From the human T2T-CHM13v2.0 reference genome, Homo sapiens, in assembly GCF_009914755.1 (NCBI RefSeq), contig NC_060928.1: 64,000 nucleotides of DNA; one strand, 5' to 3'. Below, piece by piece: positions 26,981 to 41,494 of the stretch. A program made the position numbers and the translations under genes. Every line of letters starts with the position of its first letter. The stretch's first letter is position 1. The notes under the pieces were generated by a model that worked only from the letters and a program-made list of their open reading frames with translations, had not been told where the DNA came from and did not search any database.

Positions 26981-27207
26981 GGAGATATTAAAATTTAGTG
27001 ATAAAAGTGGGTTTGTGTGTTGGGAATTTTGCTTTTGCTTTTCCATTTTTAACGATGACAAGTTTACAATGGATATATTTGTAGCATTCTATTTTATATT
27101 AGAATTTGAGTTTCTCATGATTGCTGATACCAAATGATCAAAATGTAATGAAACTACTTTCGTATTATAGTGTAAGATCATCTGCTATTATCTATTTTCT
27201 AGACACT

Positions 27208-27640
27208 TGTCTTAGTCTTTTTTTGTTGCTATAAAGGAATTCATGAGGCTTGGTAACGTACAAAGAAAAGAGGTTTCTTTGGCTCTCAGTTCTGTGGACT
27301 ATACAAAAAGCATGGCAAACAGCATCTAGTGAAGTTCTGATGAGGGCATCAAGCTGCTTTTAGTCCTAGTGAAAGGCAAAGGGGAGCTGACATGCAGAGA
27401 TCACATGGCTTGAGCTTAAGCAAGAGAGAGTGGGCAGGAGGTGCCAGAGTCTTCTTAACAATCAGCTCTCATGGGGACAAATAAAGCTAGAACTCACTCG
27501 CTATTGCAAGGACATAACCAAGCTGACCATGAAGGATCTGCCTGCCCTCAAGACCCAAACATCTCCCACTAGGCTATACCTCCAACACTGGGAATCAAAT
27601 TTCATGATATTTGGAAGGGACAAATATCCAAGCTATATCA
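27208..27640 (-). mobile_element. MaLR solo LTR, MSTB1-like
   Basis: TGTCTTAGTC...TATCCAAGCTATATCA; TSD ACACT/ACAGT. Confidence 0.85.
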
Positions 27641-28417
27641 ACAGTAAACATACATTTCTCTCTCTCTTTCCTCCCTTTCTTATATTAGTATGTGGTCAAG
27701 GTGAATCTAGACATAGATCTTTGTCCCCAGAGTTCATGTTCCCAATATTATGTTATTTTTATTATCCGTATGTTATTCAATAGTCATAATTATTTACCTT
27801 TATCAGCACTAGCCATTTACATTTAAAGTTGAAAATGGAGAAAATGTACAAATTACTTTTAAATAAGGTTCTGTTGTTCAAGTAGAGTCACGACTTGACA
27901 GCCATGCTTTTCAGTAAATTTGGTCAATGCATAAAAGCTATTTTACTAAATAAGCATCCAAATTTTTTCCAAATTTTCTTTGTATGTTACCCTAGTCACC
28001 TCTTCCTTTGGCTGTTTTCATGATCATTCGCATAATTTTTCATGGGACCCATCATAGAACACCTTTGATTTTTGGCAAAAAAAAAAAAAAAAAAAAAAAA
28101 TCCCTGTATTCTCTTAAAGTTTTAATTTCTTTTTGATGCCTGTTTCTGTTTTGGTGCCTTAGGCTGCCTGGGCTGAGAAATTCTTGTTTCAATCTTGTAA
28201 ACCAAAAAAATCTCCTTGTTTTAGATAATCTGTGTCCTACCTAAACCTTTTGAAATAATGTGTAGTGGTGGTTACTGAGAGACAGAGCAAAAGAAGAATT
28301 CCCAATTCCAGAAATTAAACTTCAAAACTAAATATTTTAATGAAGAACTCTGCATTAAGTTCAGGACAAAACATGAATTCATATTCACATGGAGCACAAT
28401 GTAGCCTAAGATGAAAC

Positions 28418-28419
<2 letters not shown>

Positions 28420-28452
<33 letters not shown>
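28420..28452 (+). repeat. (TG)n microsatellite
   Basis: Seen directly; a separate A24 run lies at 28077-28100. Confidence 0.95.
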
Positions 28453-28456
<4 letters not shown>

Positions 28457-29973
28457 CATATGTACATGTATATATTTCCAGCAATATTTATATATATTTA
28501 TATATTCCAGCTATATATATTTCCATGCAATGTTTATTTAATCTGTTGGACATGTAGTCTGTGTACAAAATATTTTAGTCTCTTTAAAGATAACAAGTTA
28601 CCTACTCAATAGAGCTAATTCGAAGGAGGAAGTGGAAATTTAGACACTTAACACAAAAAGGAAACAAATGTGAAAATGAGGAAGATGACTGTTGATTTTG
28701 ACTTGAATATAGAAATAGCAAATCTAAAGCTCTGTATTAGAAAATTTACTTTATAATTTCGAGGAAACACTTAAATCACAGCTTAGCAATCTGTTAATCA
28801 GCAAAGCATTCCAATAAACCTGGATACTAGTGAGAAGGCTAGATGTTACTGCTCTCTGGGCAGGAGAATTGAATAGGTGAAGGTTTTCTGATAATATTTC
28901 ACTCTTAATTTGTCTTAAAGACCTTCAAATAACAGTAAAAACACCCACAATGTTTTAATCAATCAATGTTAATTGAATAGAAACAGAACTTGATGTTTCC
29001 AAAGCTTGCCAGAAAAATTTAACTGATTTTCCTTAGTAGTAAAAATACTTTGAAAACAATAATTTTCAAATATAATTTCAAGAAGCAATTGCAAATAACT
29101 GTGTAAATACAAGATGTATACAAGGATAAAGAGATGTACTCCACCCATAGGGCCTTCTTAAGATGATGAGCACTTAAAAAAGAAACCTAACTTGCTGTTA
29201 AAGATAATTTGAGAACATAAACCAAGAGCCTCTTAGACTGCTCACAAGCCTGTGTTATAAAACATATAGCCCACAAAATTGTTTAGAGTAAGTAAATTGT
29301 GCAAACTTTAGAAAAGTATATATAAACTTGACCCATAATTCAAAAGAAATTAGGCCAAGCTATTTGGTAAATAACTCATAGTTTCAAGAAAATTTTGTGA
29401 TGTTTTAACAGAATTTCTGTAAGCAAAATATTCAGAAAATACAGATAGGATGGAAAATTATGCTTATTAACTGTAAATTTGAAAGTTAATCAATACTTAG
29501 CAGTACAAGAGTTCACCAAAACTGCTTATGATTTCAAATATTCTATGTTTAGTGAGCAAATTTTCTTTGGTTATCAATTGAATTATTAAAATATAGTGAT
29601 ATGATTTCTCAGACTTTGTTACTTTATTATATATTTTCCTCATATCGATCTTGTGTAGAAGTTTAATCACTTTATTTGTTTATTTTTTCCTATTCAAGTC
29701 CACTTGCACTATGCATTGTATTAGTTTATTTGCAAAGAATGTTATTCAACTGGTGAAGGTATTATACTTTTAGTGCTATATTTCAAATGTTGCAAAATAT
29801 TAAATCAAAATTTAAAACAAATGAAACATTTATTTATTGTTTACTGACTTAAAAAACTCAGTAAAATATATCATGAATAAGCCATTTTTTGTATTATAGC
29901 ATCATAAAAATAAAATAATGTAAAAATATATTTAGTTGATTCCTAAAAATTCTAATTTTTATGTGTTCTATAA

Positions 29974-30510
29974 CAGGGATCCCCACCCTTGGGCCACAGA
30001 TTAGTAAGGGTTTGTGGCCTGCTAGGAACGAGACCTCACAACAGGAGATGACTGAGCCAAGCTTTATCTGTATTTACAGCCACTCCCCATCGCTCACTTT
30101 ACCACCTGAGCTCTACCTCCTGTTAGACCAGAGATCAGAGGTGGCATTAGATTTTCATAGGAGTGTGAACCCTATTGTGAAATATGCATGCAAGGGATCT
30201 AGGTTGCATGCTTCTTATAAGAATCTAACACCTGATGATCTGTCACTGTCTCCTGTCACCCCCAAATAGGACTGTCTAGTTGCAAGAAAACAAGCTCAGG
30301 GCTCCCAGTGATTCTGCATTATGGTGAGTTGTATAATTATTTTGTTATATATTACAATGTAATAATAATAGAAATAAAGTGCACAGTAAATGTAATGCAC
30401 TTGAATTACCCTGAAACTGTCCCACCCCCCTACCCCCAACCCCACCGGTTCGTGGAAAAATTGTCTTCCACAAAACTGGTCCCCGGAGCCAAAATTGTTG
30501 GGTAGTAATG
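29974..30510 (+). mobile_element. MER1A non-autonomous hAT-Charlie DNA transposon
   Basis: CAGGGATCCCCA...GGAAAAATTGTCTTCCACAAAACTGGTCCC; ~537 bp; perfect 8-bp TSD TTCTATAA (29966-29973, 30511-30518). Confidence 0.92.
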
Positions 30511-30691
30511 TTCTATAATATACACATCAAATCCTGCCTTAATGTTGGGAAACTTCCTGACCGTTGGAGCCAAAAGTGATGTACTATGTTTCAAAAGCAT
30601 GAAACACAACGTAGGGTATTCCCTTGGTGAACTCAAAGGCACGGATATCTTCAGGAATTGGAAAAGATGCACAAAAGATCAGAAGCTATGA

Positions 30692-31103
<412 letters not shown>

Positions 31104-31338
31104 TCCAAAGACGTTTTAAAAGCTTGATTGCTTGTTGTCTATTTCTAAATAAGAGACTGGAATAATTGAAGGATTTTAAGTGGAATAATAAGTATGATCA
31201 ATTTGTCTTTTGTAAGTATTACTTTGGTATTAGCGGGGAGGGCCTAACCAGGAGAGACATGTAGAAGGGAAAAGTTGGGATAAGATAAAAAGACTTTGGA
31301 ATACACCTTGAATACACAGAAATCACGCAGAAATTTGT

Positions 31339-31408
31339 AATTTGTAATACACAGAATTTACTCAGTATATGTAAATTTGTAATACACAGAAATTACTCAG
31401 TATATGTA
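31339..31408 (+). repeat. 35-bp tandem duplication (2 copies, 1 mismatch) with partial copies upstream
   Basis: AATTTGTAATACACAGAA(T/A)TTACTCAGTATATGTA x2. Confidence 0.9.
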
Positions 31409-32989
31409 TGAGGCTTAACTTCTATACACCACTTTTGTAAGGAGTACTGCTAAACACAGCCTTTTGAAATTCTGGGTAAGAGCTAGCTGTCTTTGCTTTT
31501 ACCACATGTCTCCTGACACATCTGACTACATTTGGGGAAACACTGACTCTAGTGAGGGGGGTCAGATTCCTAGGACAGAAAAATTTAAAGGTATAATGAA
31601 AATAAGGTGATATCATAGAGCATAAGGAAGAAATAAAGAGAGATGGAGAAGTGTAATTACTTCAGATCCTGGTGTTTTCCAGGTCCTTAGCTCCCAGCTC
31701 TGGAATCCCACATGTATTTATCCTCTGTGATACAGTGGGATTTTGTTAACATATATTGAGTAGTTACTATGTGCCAGATATTTCTTGGAACCAATTATAT
31801 GGGAATTTCTGATTCCACACAGAAAACAAAAAGCTAAGAGAGTATAAACACAGTGACAAATTTTCCATAGTATATAAATAGGAACCAGGATACAGAAAAT
31901 TTAACTCTTGAGGCTATAATTAAAATTATTGCAGGATGCTTTCTTTCTGTTTCACAAAACCAACATTTGTCTCCGATTGAACTTGCTTGTAGATTCCCTT
32001 GAAATCAAACAGTTTGCTTAAAGCAGTAAGAAAAATTGTGAAAAGAATGAGAAAACATGAGAATGCTATCCTGGGTAATCTCAATTTTCAAGTTGTAGAT
32101 GGCAGAGAGAGTTCCTAAAAAGGAGAGAACTAAAAGGTGTCTAAATATATACAGCAAGGTAGGAGACAAGGAAAGCTCAGTTACTTTCAGGGCAGCTGTA
32201 AACTAATTATATGATATACGCAGTCATTTTTCCAGACTATATATTTGATTTTTAGTTGGAACACTATAGGATATACCACTTCATAAGAAAAGAAGAAAAA
32301 AAGGAGGAATAGTAGAAAATGAGGGGGAAGAGGAGGTGGAGGAAGAAGAGGAGGACTCCTTGAGTAATGACTTGGGCTACATATAGGGCCATATTTACTA
32401 TAATGAAAGCACATAAAATATGAAAGCATGGCAAGCATGCAGAAAATTATGACGAGTGCTCTTGTCACATCTGCCATTTCAGCAGAATTATACTCACAAC
32501 TCTGGTCTTCTTTAGCTATGAATTCACATCTACAGGTCTTCTTCTTCTTTACTCCTCCTCATTATCTTTGGAATGTCCCTCCTTTTGTGGTTACCAGCTA
32601 TTCTCTCATTGAATCAGATCAAATGAAACAAGTTTTCATTCAGGTTTCTGGGATGTTTAGTCATGAAACTATCTGCAAGGTTATCAGTCTTTACCCTGTT
32701 TCCTGACTTTTCTGCTGTCATGCCTAATCAACAATGCTGACTGCTTTGTGAATGACAGCTTCAAATTCTCCAAAGGGAAGACATCTCTCCACTCAATGCA
32801 TTCCAATGTAGCACATGCTCACAGAGCTAATCTTGCCTATCACGGTGAATTCTTTAGGTTACTAAGCTCGTAATTAAAAGTCTTCACTAATGACATGGTA
32901 ATTGTTTTAATGGGTTTCCAATGAAGTGTGAAGTTCCCTGCTGATGTGTCAACAAAATATGAAGCATTGTGAGAAAACGATGTAAAGCT

Positions 32990-33160
32990 TCATAGAATGT
33001 AGCATTAGAGGAGACCTTAAAATTATCAAGGGTAACCTTTCCATATTAGAAAAGAGGAAATAACTTCAGAGAAGTGATGTGTGTTGCTGAAGGTCATTAC
33101 ACTGAGTGGAAACTGTGGGTGTCCTGACTCCTAGTACTGTGATTCGTTTCCATCTCACTG
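32990..33160 (-). mobile_element. MIR (MIR3/MIRc-like)
   Basis: GGAGACCTTAAAATTATC...CAGAGAAGTGATGTG...AAGGTCA...GTCCTGACTCCTAGT. Confidence 0.55.
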
Positions 33161-35543
33161 CCTACTAATTTTGACCTGCTTTTTATTTATATTGTTCCTG
33201 TATTAAAAACCTGATTTTATGTTTTTCACTATATCAATGGAAATATTTATTTATTCTATCAATAAAAAGGTGCATAAGAAAACAATTTATTACATTAGTT
33301 TTATGGGAAGATTGCAAAGGTGACTTTGGGGATAAAAATCTACAGAGCTGAGAATTTCTTGGTTGGGTGCCTCCAGAATAAATAAATATCTTGAGAAATC
33401 AATGCACCACGAGAGCTGTGAAGAAATTTTAGTGCAATTTCATAATTAAAAGAATGTTATATTAAGTAACCGAAATTCTATATATTTGTACAGTTTCAAA
33501 ATGTCTAAGGATATTTCTAGTTATTTTAGTCTTGGAACTGCGAAAGGAAGTAGAACAGACATCAGAACTTTAAAAAGTAGAAAACAGGGAAAAGGTAAGT
33601 GAGTTACTTGGCAAAACCAAAACTTAAATTTTTTATTTGAAGTTCAAGCCTTGAAAAATGAAATAAGTTGCAGAATGATGCTTTGCAGAACCCATTTAAG
33701 ACCAATTTTCAGTGCATAATCATTAGTGACAGAACAAGAGAGAATTTTTTCATCATGATGTCAAATTATATTCCTTAGAGATATACACAAAAAGTATGAG
33801 AGTTTTCTTTTGCTGTAAATCATCAAAGAATATTTTTCATTATTGTTTCAGGAATGTTCCCCCAATATGAGATAAGCTTAGTAGTTCTTGTAAGTCTTTT
33901 GGAATTTTACAACATAAATTCATGTTAAAAGTCACGCATTCATCTATTTCCAAAGTAGGTTAAAGCATATGTTCTCAAGGAATTTACAGATACTTTTAAA
34001 TTTCTCCAAATATTAAATAGGTAATTGGCACTAGCTTCAAACTCCAAAGATTTAAAATTACAAAGCACATTGGATCTATTAACTTAGTCTGGGTTTAATT
34101 TTAAGACCAGGATAATTTCCTTATACTTTTCTTCATTTAGGAAGAATTCTAAGAATGATAATTATTATTTTTTAAAGTTTTCACAAAGTAAGAGATCGTT
34201 TAAACGCAAAATTCTCTTATCACTGCATCTGTACCCTTGCTTACATGGAGTAAGCATTGCTACTGCTTCCTCACTTATATCTAGCTTTTGATGGTGTCTC
34301 ATGCTGTTAAGCTATCTGTTATAGACTGTTTCATTTTCCTACTTGATGAAGGAAAGTGATGTTAATTTTAATTGGATTGCTGTATTTCATTACTTTGTAA
34401 ATTTCACTCTTTATACTTTTTTCCAATAGAGTTCATCAGAAAACAGCTCCAAAATGGAGTTTATAATGGAGATTCTTCTACAGTTTACCAAACTTTTATA
34501 GGCACTTATCTGCTTGAAGAGTCTGTTGAAGTCCTTGAATGAAGGAAAAGAATTGTGTTATGTTTGATTACATTAAGCAACCTAATAAAGTCAATTTTCT
34601 CCAAATGACAAATCAAGTGACCTTGTTTTCTCCTCTACGTTCCCTTTTCCTTTTGGCATTGATGACCTCCAAAGAACAGAAGCAGATACTACATTCTGCC
34701 TAGCTAGCCATGCTTGCTTCTACTATAGTATACCTTTTTTTAATACTCTTTAACTTTACTGGAATTAGCACATTTAACAAATGACTCTGTTAAACACTGA
34801 GAAGGAAATAACAAAGAACCCATATAACTAGCTAAGATTTTTAAACACAAAGGAGAGCAGAAATACAATTTAAATGTTAAATAATCATGTAATATGGGCA
34901 TACTTTATCATTGTGTAGTAAGACTGAAATTCAAGGGCCTGGATTCTCATCCTCTAAAATATTATAACCCGTCTCAGAGATAAGAATATGGCCCTATGAG
35001 ATTATGATTTCAAGAGAGATTATGATTATACCTGGTACACAAAACAGCTGAAATAGGGCTTAGTGATTTGCTTGGTATGGGCACAAGCTATTTCTGTTGA
35101 ATAATCCATAGCCATGTGCAGCTAGCAGTCAGCAATTACCCCTCCCTGCCCTGCTCTCCACCAAAAGCTCCTTATATGATGTCTGGGAGCAATGGTCTGC
35201 TCCCAGGTTTGGGTTCAGTTCATGTGTAGCTGCCTGGAACTGCCGACAAAATATGCTGGACTGTGATGATATGCAGTCTGTGCTCCTTCGTTTGTGAGCC
35301 CTGGAGGTCCCTGTAAGCCTGGGAATGGCTCTCGTAAGGTAAAATCCTTTTGAAAAAATATGGAAAATAAATCTCCTTAATAGTCTATGTTTTTAATAAA
35401 CTGTCACTAACATTTTTACTGTTTTTATAAACTTCTTCAAAAGTAATAAAATATTGAAAGTCTTCAATACCTTCTCCTAAAGCTTTTTCTCTGATCCATC
35501 CCTCTAGTGCACACATAAAAGACCAGAAAGAGAGGAAGGTAAT

Positions 35544-35955
35544 TGTGGTGTACTACAAATAATGATTATAATTCATCCCTGGAGCCAATTTTTCCTTCCC
35601 TGGTATCTGAATTCGCCTTGTATTCAGTTTTGGCCAATAGCAATGTGGTGGAATTGCTGTTGTATCTAAACCTGTACTTTATGTGCTCCTGCTGTCACAC
35701 ATGGGTTTCTGAGACAGCCATATGAACAACAGCCTAGGCTGCTGGAGGATCAGAGATCCAACCTACAGCTGGCCCAGGAGCTTAATGGAGCTTTATGAGT
35801 GAGCCAAGCTGAGATCAGCCAGTCCTGGCCTGATTTGGCCAAATGCCTTGCTGAACCTATCTTCAATTTCCAAGTCACAGCACAAACTAAAATATAGTTG
35901 TTTTAAAGTAATAATTTTTTCATGAGTTGTTATACAGTAAAATGTCATAAATAAA
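35544..35955 (+). mobile_element. MaLR LTR, MLT1H/G-like
   Basis: TTTGGCCAATAGCAATGTGGTGGAA...GAGTGAGCCAAGCTGAGATCAGC...GTTGTTTTAAAG...GTTGTTATACAG. Confidence 0.55.
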
Positions 35956-37973
35956 ATGAGTCTAGTATTCCTGAAGAGGTCATGGTATAAATACTTAGGC
36001 TTCTTAAGGATATCTAATGTAAGTAAAGCACAAGGTAAAACGCAATTCCTCCTCTATGCTAAAAAGCATATGAATAAGTGAAGGGTACTTTCTTTTATAA
36101 ACAATATTTAAACATACATTTACTTAAATGATGACATTTTTAAAATTTAATATATTGGCCACAAGATAATACTAACACCCCTTAAGTTTTCTGAGAACTT
36201 AATCAATTTAATGTCTTAAAGGCATAATATTGAACAGTGCTGTAAAACAAACTAACTTTCTCTATTAGATTAAAACTATGTAAGTTAACAGCATATAACA
36301 CAATGCAAAGCACTGGAGCTGTATAGCAGTATACAAAAGAAAATATAAAAACAATTCCTGTGAATGTACAAGAGGATTTTGGGTGGGCAGACCATTATAA
36401 TAGAAACTGGAAATTAGATAGGAAAACAGTTTAACAACTTTGCTTGCATCAACAATATCAGGAGATATTGAACAATGACAAGTGTCAGAGCTTAGACTTT
36501 ATGTTTCCTCTTCACAATGCTCCCTCAAGGAATCTAAATCCATAAGGAAATACTAATAATTGCTTAAGTCTTTTGTAGTACATGACCATCAACTGGGAAA
36601 GCTTTTCTAGTAAAATAAGAACAAGGAAAAATAATAATTTTAAGCACTGGCATGTTGTAATCCTTAGTTTTTATTCATTTCGATGCAATTGTTCCAAATA
36701 ATATGTCCCCAATTAGTGGCCAACTATACCATTGTATATGTAGTGTAAGAGATAGGAGAAAAGAAATAGTCCAAATTGTTTAAGGTTATCACTTAGAGAA
36801 ATGAAAGTGTATCATACAATCATGTAATAGGCCACCTACCCAGTTTATAACTAAACTTTTCTGAAAAAAAATTTTGTCACCAAATGTAATGTTATCAATC
36901 AACATATGATATTTGAATGTGAGCATTTGCTATAAAATAATCTGAATCTAAGTCATCATATTAACTTCATTGTCTAATGGAAAGTTTTATTTATTTTTCA
37001 AGAAACTGTAGTTAGTAAGTTAACCTTCAAATGAATTATCAATTAAATTATGATTTATTTCACCATTATCATCTAAGGGGCTTTATAGAACTCTTAAAAT
37101 ACCAACAATAATAAAGTAAAAAACACACACACAGATAATATATAGGTATGTATACCCCACTCATAATGTATACACATGTATATGTATATGTCTTAAACCA
37201 CTATAGCATATATTATTAATATTGGTATATATCACATATTTTTATACTACATTTATGTATAAACAAAGTATACATAAACTTATAATTTTGTTACCATATG
37301 TCACTAAGCCCTCAAATTAAACTCTTGCTCTAAGACTCAAATTCCCTTCTTAAAATAACCACCTTAGCTTCTTCTTGCTGTTCTATAATACTTGTTTCAA
37401 ACTACTTCCAAGACAGGAAATCATTTTCTGCTGTAAGTCTAACCTTGGTTACTGCAAGAAGGCAAACAATTAAGGACACAAAGGGACAAGGACCAGTCAA
37501 AGGGCTATTCAACTCCCCTTCCTTTCTACCAAAATAAATAGTCATTTAAAAGCAAATAAACAGTTCAACCTCTTTTTTCCAAGATTTGTTTTGTTTTGTG
37601 TCCTTTCTCCCAACCTCTGTCATTCTATTCTCTTTCTCTCTTTCATTCTTATTTATTCGGTTTTGGGCCAGCCCCCACCCACCCCCTACCAGAAAGGTCT
37701 AACACATCAAACTAGACACTTGTGGGAAAAAAAATATTGACAGAGTTTAGAAAATCAGGAAATGATTTTATTGATGATAATTGGGTGAACAGATAATCTT
37801 TTCTTCCAATAGCAATATAAATAACAATTTTTAAAAATTAAAAATACAGAGATACTTTAACAGTATTATCCTCTTTTTTAAAATGTTTAAAGTAATCTTT
37901 TGTATGGCATAATTGACTAGTCTCTTTTTCTTCTTAAAAAAGAGTAAATATGTCCATGTTTCCCAAGAGATGG

Positions 37974-38009
37974 TGTGTGTGTGTTTGTGTGTGTGTGTGT
38001 GCGCGCGTG
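37974..38009 (+). repeat. (TG)n(CG)n microsatellite
   Basis: Seen directly. Confidence 0.9.
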
Positions 38010-40186
38010 TTTTTGCCAGGAGGGGGCGTCTTTTTTTTTAAATTCAATTTATTTAAAAAAATATTTTTAATTTTTTTGGGTATATAGTAGGTGTATATAT
38101 TCATAGAGTATTTGATATATTTGATACAGGTGTACAATTTGTAGTAATCACATCAGGGTAAATGGGTATTCATCACCTCAAGCATTTATTCTTTGTTGTA
38201 CAAACAATCCAATTACACATTTTTCATTATTTTATAATGTATAATAAATTGATTGGACTATAATCAATAACAAACTATTAATTTTTTACTGTAATCACCC
38301 TACTATGCTACCAAATACTAGATCTCATTTATTCTATCTAACTCTATGTTTGTATGCATTAACCAGCCCCACTTTCCTCTCCACCCCACTATCTTTCCCA
38401 TCCCCTGGTAACCATCCTTTTACTCTATATGTGCATGAGTTCAATTGTTTAAATTTTTAACTGCCATAATTCAGTGAAAACACGCAAAGTTTGTCTTTCT
38501 TTGCCTGGATTATTTCACTTAAGGACATCTGGTTCCATCCATGTTATTGCAAATGACAAGATCTCATTCTTTCTTGTGGCTGGATAGTACTCCATTGTGT
38601 ATGTGTACCACATTTTCTTTATCCATTCCATACTTTCTTTTGGGTACATACTCAGCAGTGGGATTGCTGGATTATAGGATAGCTCAATTTTTAGTTTTTT
38701 GATGAAGCTCCAAAATGGTTCTCCATAGTGGTTATACTAATTTACATTCTCATCAACAGTGTACAAGGGTTCCCTTTTTTCCACATCCTTACCAGCATTT
38801 GTTATTGCCCATCTTTTAGATAAAGACAATTTTAACTGAAATGAGATAATATTTCATTGTAGTTTTGATTTGCATTTCTCTGATGATCAATGATGTTAAA
38901 CATCTTTTTCTATACCTGTTTGCCATTTGTATATCGCCTTTTGAAAAATGTCTATTCAAATCTTTTGCCCATTTTACTTGGTTTATTAGATTTTTTTTCC
39001 TATAGAGCTGTTTGAGCCCCTTATACATTATTGTTATTAATTCTTCATCAGATGGATAGGTTTCAGATAATTTCTCCCATTCTGTGGGTTGTCTCTTTAC
39101 TTTGATGATTGTTTCCCTTGCTGTGCAGATGCTTTATAACTTGATGAGTTCCCATTTGTCAATTTTTACTTTGGATGCCTGTGTTTGTGGGGCATTACTC
39201 CAGAAATCTTTGCCCAGTCCAATGTTTTGGAGAGTTACTCCAATGTTTTATTTTATTAGTTTCATAGTTTGATGTCTTAGATTAAGTCTTTAATCTATTT
39301 TGATTTAGTTTTTTGCATATGGCCAGAGATAGGGGTATAGTTTCAATCTTCTGAATATGGATATTCAGTTTTCCTAGCATCATTTGTTGAGGAGACTGTC
39401 CTGTTTCCAATGTATGTTCTTGGCACCTTTGTTAAATATTAATTCATTGTAGATGTATAAATTTGTTTCTGGGCTCTGTCTTCTGTTCCATTGGTCTATG
39501 TGTCTGTTTTTATGACAGTACCTGCTGTTTTGGTTATTATAGCTCTGTAGTATAATTTGATGTCAGGTAATGTGATTCCTAAAGGTTTTGTTCTCTTTCG
39601 TTCAGAACAGGTTTGGATATTCTGGATCTTTTGTGGTTTTATATAAGTTTTAGAAATGGTTTTTCTATTTCTGTGAAAAATGTCATTGGTATTTTATTAA
39701 TAATAGGCATTGCATTGACTCTTTAGATTATTTTGGATGGGATGATTATTTCAATAATATTCGTTATTTCAATCCAGAGACATGAAATGTCTTTTCATTT
39801 GTTGTGCCCTCTTCAATTTATTTCACTGATGTTTTAGTTTTCATTGTAGAGATTGTTCACATCCTTGATTAAGTTAATTCCTAGATATTTTATTATATTT
39901 GTAGCTATTGGAAATGGGATTAATTTCTTAATTCCTTTTTCAAATTGTTCACTGTTGGCATACAGAGATGAGACTGATTTTTGTATGTCAATTTTGTATC
40001 CTGAAATTTACTGAATGTGTTTATTAGTTCAAATAGATTTTTGGTGGAGTCTTTAGATTTTTCTAAATATAAGATTGTATCATCTGCAAGCAAGGATAAT
40101 TTGACTTCTTCTTTTCCAATTTGAATGCCCTTTATTTCTTTCTCTTGTCTGATTGCTCTAGCTAGGGCTTCCAGTACTTTGTTAAA

Positions 40187-40718
40187 TTAACAGTGGTGAC
40201 AGTGGGCTACCTTATCATGAGCTTTCAGTGTTTCCCCATTTAATGTGATACTAGCTATGGGTCTATCATATGTGGCTTTTATTATGTTGAGATGTGTTCC
40301 TTCTATGCCCAGTTCTTTGAGTTTTTTTAAAATCATGAAGGGGTGCTGAATTTTATCAAATAATTTTTTAGCATCAATTAAAATGACTATATGTTTTTTG
40401 TCCTTCATTCTGTTGATGTGAAGTATCACACTGATTGATTTGCATATGTTGACCCATCCTTGCATGCCCAGGATAAACCCTGGTTTTGCATATGTTGAAC
40501 GATACTTGCACCCTCTCTTGGTCATAAAGAAGAATCTTTTTAATGTGTTGTTGAATTTGATTTGCTAGTATTTTGTTGAGGATTTTTGCAACAATGTTCA
40601 TCAGAGATATTGGCCTGCCTTTTTTTTTTTTAACGTGCTTTTGTCTGGTTTTGATACCACGGTAATACTGGCCTTGTAAAATAAGTTTGGAAGTATTCCC
40701 TCCTCCTCTATTTTTCAA
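40187..40718 (-). pseudogene. Frameshifted L1 ORF2p reverse transcriptase remnant
   Basis: ORF track: [27 protein letters not shown] and [15 protein letters not shown]...[15 protein letters not shown] in different frames. Confidence 0.9.
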
Positions 40719-41160
40719 AATAGTTTGAGTAGGATTAGTATTAGGTATTTAAATGTTTGGTAAAATTTAGCAGTGAAGTCATTGCGTCCTGGCCTTTTCT
40801 TTATTTAGAGATGTTTTATTACAGCTTCAATCTCATTACTTTTTATTCATCTGTTCAGGTTTTGGATTTCTCCATGGTTCAGTTTTGGTAGGCTTTATGT
40901 GTCTAGGAATGTATCCAATTCTTTTAGATTTTTCAATATATTGGTGTATAGTTGCTCATAGTAGCCTCTAATGACCCTTTGAATTTCTGGGGTATCAGTT
41001 TTAATGTCTCATTTTTCAACTCTCATTTTATTTATTTAGGTCTTTTCTCTTTTTTTTCCCTTAGTCTGGCTAAAGGTCAGTCTGTTTTGTTTGTCTTTTC
41101 AAAAAACTTTTTGTTTCATTTTGTATTTTGTCTTCATTTCAATTTCATTTATTTCTGCTA

Positions 41161-41494
<334 letters not shown>

